DNA of 64,000 nucleotides from an uncultured virus (IMG/VR IMGVR_UViG_3300046003_003664) (Duplodnaviria > Heunggongvirae > Uroviricota > Caudoviricetes): IMG/VR virus record IMGVR_UViG_3300046003_003664; one strand, written 5' to 3'. Positions within the stretch are counted from its first letter, which is position 1; every line of letters begins with the position of its first letter. This document shows positions 61,399 through 64,000 of the stretch, piece after piece. Made by a program: the position numbers and the translations under genes. Below the pieces are notes generated by a model, which searched no databases, was not told where the DNA came from, and saw nothing but the letters and a program-made list of their open reading frames with translations.

Positions 61399-61739
61399 CA
61401 GACTCATTTTTGACACAACTACGACAAAAGAATAATCAGCGCCAGACTATGTGGACTGGCGCTGAAAATGTTGATATTTTATTTCGAGCAGTAGAATTTG
61501 CTGGTGAAGCGGGTGAACTTGCAAATGCCGTAAAGAAAGTTTATAGAGCACGGAATGGGATTATCGGCAATAACAAAGACATTAATGATCTTATGGAAAA
61601 TCTAGTCGAGGAAATTGGTGATGTTCTCATCACTATCGACTTGCTTGCAAATGAATTTAACATCGACCTAGAGCAAGCGGTCAAGTCAAAGTTTAACAAA
61701 ACATCCGAAAAAGTCAGTATTCCAGTATTTCTGGAGTAA
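61395..61739 (+). CDS. MazG-like nucleotide pyrophosphohydrolase
   Basis: GEAGELANAVKK, EEIGD, KFN. Confidence 0.8.
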   Translation: MTDSFLTQLRQKNNQRQTMWTGAENVDILFRAVEFAGEAGELANAVKKVYRARNGIIGNNKDINDLMENLVEEIGDVLITIDLLANEFNIDLEQAVKSKFNKTSEKVSIPVFLE

Positions 61740-61809
61740 TTTTGGTTGACTTTTTCCCACATTATGATATATTCAATCTATTATATGACACTCATTGAAA
61801 GGAATTACT

Positions 61810-62472
61810 ATGAAATTTTCTGAACGCACACTCACAGTTCTCAAGAATTTTGCGACAATTAACCCATCCATTATCTTTAAACCCGGCAAACAACTGCGCA
61901 CTATCAGTCCACAAAAGACTGTAATGGCTATTGCAAATATTGAGGACGAGATTCCTTCAGAAGCCTGTGTTTATGACATGTCTCGTTTCCTATCTACTTA
62001 TGGACTATTCGGTGAACCAGATGTTCAATTTGAAAGTAATCATTTCACGATGGCTCAAGGTAAAACAAAGACCCGATATTACTTTGCTGACAAATCTATG
62101 ATTATCGCCCCGCCAGAAAAAGAAATCACTATTCCATCCAATGATGTTGAAGTTGAAATTGACTGGAATGATCTTCAATCTGTAATTAAAGCTGCTGGTG
62201 TTCTTCAACTACCAGAAGTTGCATTCGTTGGTGATGGCGATACTTGTTCACTGAAGGCAATCGACTCAAATAATACAACTGCTGATACTTTCGGTGTGGA
62301 ACTTGGTTCCACTGGTGATAAATTTCAATTGATTATCAAGACTGAAAATCTGAAACTAATTCCGCAGAAGTATAAGGTTACACTATGCTCAAAAGGTATT
62401 TCAAAGTTTGTATGTGATCAAGTTACATACTTCATTGCTATTGAATCCAAATCAACATACAAGAAAGGCTAA
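61810..62472 (+). CDS. 45: sliding clamp gp45
   Basis: LKNFATIN.SI, YD...FL, ENLK, Y.IA.E. Confidence 0.92.
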   Translation: MKFSERTLTVLKNFATINPSIIFKPGKQLRTISPQKTVMAIANIEDEIPSEACVYDMSRFLSTYGLFGEPDVQFESNHFTMAQGKTKTRYYFADKSMIIAPPEKEITIPSNDVEVEIDWNDLQSVIKAAGVLQLPEVAFVGDGDTCSLKAIDSNNTTADTFGVELGSTGDKFQLIIKTENLKLIPQKYKVTLCSKGISKFVCDQVTYFIAIESKSTYKKG

Positions 62473-62474
62473 TA

Positions 62475-62660
62475 ATGGAAACAAATATTAATTTAAGTGA
62501 TATGATTACTATGGTAAATATCATTGATGCTTGCACAGAACGTGGGGCATTCAAAGGTAACGAGTTGATAACTGTAGGAACACTACGTGAAAAAATTGCA
62601 AATTTTGTTCGTGAAAATCAATCACAACAAGAACCTGTTACTAAGGAAAGTGCTGAATAA
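62475..62660 (+). CDS. small hypothetical protein
   Basis: IID....RGAFKG.E...VG. Confidence 0.6.
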   Translation: METNINLSDMITMVNIIDACTERGAFKGNELITVGTLREKIANFVRENQSQQEPVTKESAE

Positions 62661-62708
62661 GCACTTTCCCATATTCGTATTGAAATTTTTGAAAAGGAAT
62701 ACTATATA

Positions 62709-63659
62709 ATGTCTCTTGATGTGAAATCCGACGAACTTCTATGGGTTCAAAAGTATCGTCCGCAAAAAGTCGATGATACAATTCTGCCTGTATTGACTAA
62801 AACTGCATTTCAGAAATTCATTAATACCAGCAACATTCCAAATCTTCTTCTTGCTGGTTCACCGGGAACTGGTAAAACAACCGCAGCAAAAGCAATGCTT
62901 GAAGAAATGGCTTGCGATTACATTATCATCAATGCTGCATTAAACCGCGGCATTGATACTGTTCGCAGTGAAATCTCAACCTTTGCATCTTCGATCTCTC
63001 TTACAGGTGGTCGCAAATACATCATCCTAGACGAAGCTGATTATCTTACTCCTGATGCTCAAGCATCCATGCGTAACCTAATTGAAACCTTCTCTAAAAA
63101 CTGTGGTTTTATCTTTACTTGTAACTTTAAAAATCGCATCATTGCTCCACTTCGTTCTCGTCTTTCTGAGGTTGACTTCGCGATTGAAAAAACCGAAAAA
63201 CCAAAGCTTGCCGCACAATTTTTCAAGCGCACACTTGCAATTCTTAATTCTGAAAATGTTGACTATGAACCAAAAGTTGTGGCAAAAGTCATTGAAAAAT
63301 ATTTCCCAGACTTCCGCCGAATCCTAAATGAACTTCAAAAATATGCTGGTAACGGTCGTATTGATGAAGGCATCTTTGCTGACTTCAAACAAGAGTCTAT
63401 TGATGAACTCTTTTTACTCTTGAAGGAGAAAAACTTCACCGGTATGCGTAAATGGTGTGCAGATAATTCTGACCAAGATGCAAATGAAATCTTCCGTAAA
63501 ATCTATGACACTGCGTCTGACAAACTTGAATTGAAAAGTATGCCATCTTTTGTCGTGTCTCTTGCGGACTATATGTATAAATCTGCATTTGTCGCTGATC
63601 AAGAAATCAACCTTGTCGCTTTCCTTACTGAAATTATGATGGAAACGAGTTTCCGCTAA
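62709..63659 (+). CDS. 44: clamp loader large subunit gp44
   Basis: WVQKYRP, GTGKTT, DEAD, SR. Confidence 0.95.
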   Translation: MSLDVKSDELLWVQKYRPQKVDDTILPVLTKTAFQKFINTSNIPNLLLAGSPGTGKTTAAKAMLEEMACDYIIINAALNRGIDTVRSEISTFASSISLTGGRKYIILDEADYLTPDAQASMRNLIETFSKNCGFIFTCNFKNRIIAPLRSRLSEVDFAIEKTEKPKLAAQFFKRTLAILNSENVDYEPKVVAKVIEKYFPDFRRILNELQKYAGNGRIDEGIFADFKQESIDELFLLLKEKNFTGMRKWCADNSDQDANEIFRKIYDTASDKLELKSMPSFVVSLADYMYKSAFVADQEINLVAFLTEIMMETSFR

Positions 63660-63859
63660 TGCTATCCGGTCTGTTCAAGAAAAAAAATACAAATGTAACT
63701 TGTCACTTCTGCAAAATAGATATTGACAAAAGTGTTGCATTTGTGTTAAAATATAAAGCAGCGGATGGAAGTGGGTCGATGAATGTTTGCACAGAATGTT
63801 CACATTATCTCAACAATATTATAGATACATGGGAAAGCCTCAATGAAAAAGACGACTAA
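63659..63859 (+). CDS. small Cys-containing hypothetical protein
   Basis: CHFC...CTEC. Confidence 0.5.
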   Translation: MLSGLFKKKNTNVTCHFCKIDIDKSVAFVLKYKAADGSGSMNVCTECSHYLNNIIDTWESLNEKDD

Positions 63860-64000
63860 AAAAACCGCAGTGGTCCAACAAAAACTTTCTGCTAGAGATG
63901 ATGACTTCCAGGAATTTAACTATTTTGGTCTTGGTAAACCAGAAGAACTTGAGGAGATTGATCTTTCCGAACTCAAAGAGGAAAACATGACCTTCAAGTT

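Overview
64 kb of a large T4-like (Tevenvirinae-type) dsDNA myophage genome, probably infecting an alphaproteobacterium (inferred from GANTC-containing promoters and a PlcP/glycosyltransferase pair). Positions 1-44,100 are a minus-strand accessory region. It holds two tRNA clusters (about 22 tRNAs at 295-7277, continuing off the left edge, and 8 tRNAs at 27183-28274) and several families of paralogous tRNA-like or structured ncRNAs. It also encodes topoisomerase II (gp39+60, gp52), thymidine kinase and a dispersed RNA-repair/tRNA-maintenance toolkit (CCA enzyme, TilS, Pth2, RlaP-like NTase, HAD, cREC, DUF2828/TROVE-like protein). Positions 44,118-64,000 are the plus-strand T4 core module (gp3, uvsY, uvsW, gp55, gp47, gp46, gp43, a sugar/DNA-modification cluster, dexA, gp45, gp44). 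Main discoveries: (1) each tRNA cluster is preceded by an unannotated leader peptide plus terminator/antiterminator, and the leader's codons match that cluster's tRNAs, suggesting attenuators that sense tRNA depletion; (2) circularly permuted, Y-RNA-like tRNA mimics share a bulged CAGCAA stem with the leader of the TROVE-like gene; (3) an anticodon-less Ala-tRNA mimic and other ncRNA families; (4) about 24 sigma70 promoters carry a positionally fixed CcrM/GcrA-type YGATTC site; (5) two unrelated homing endonucleases share a conserved structured leader. All calls were made by eye from the sequence; no searches were run.
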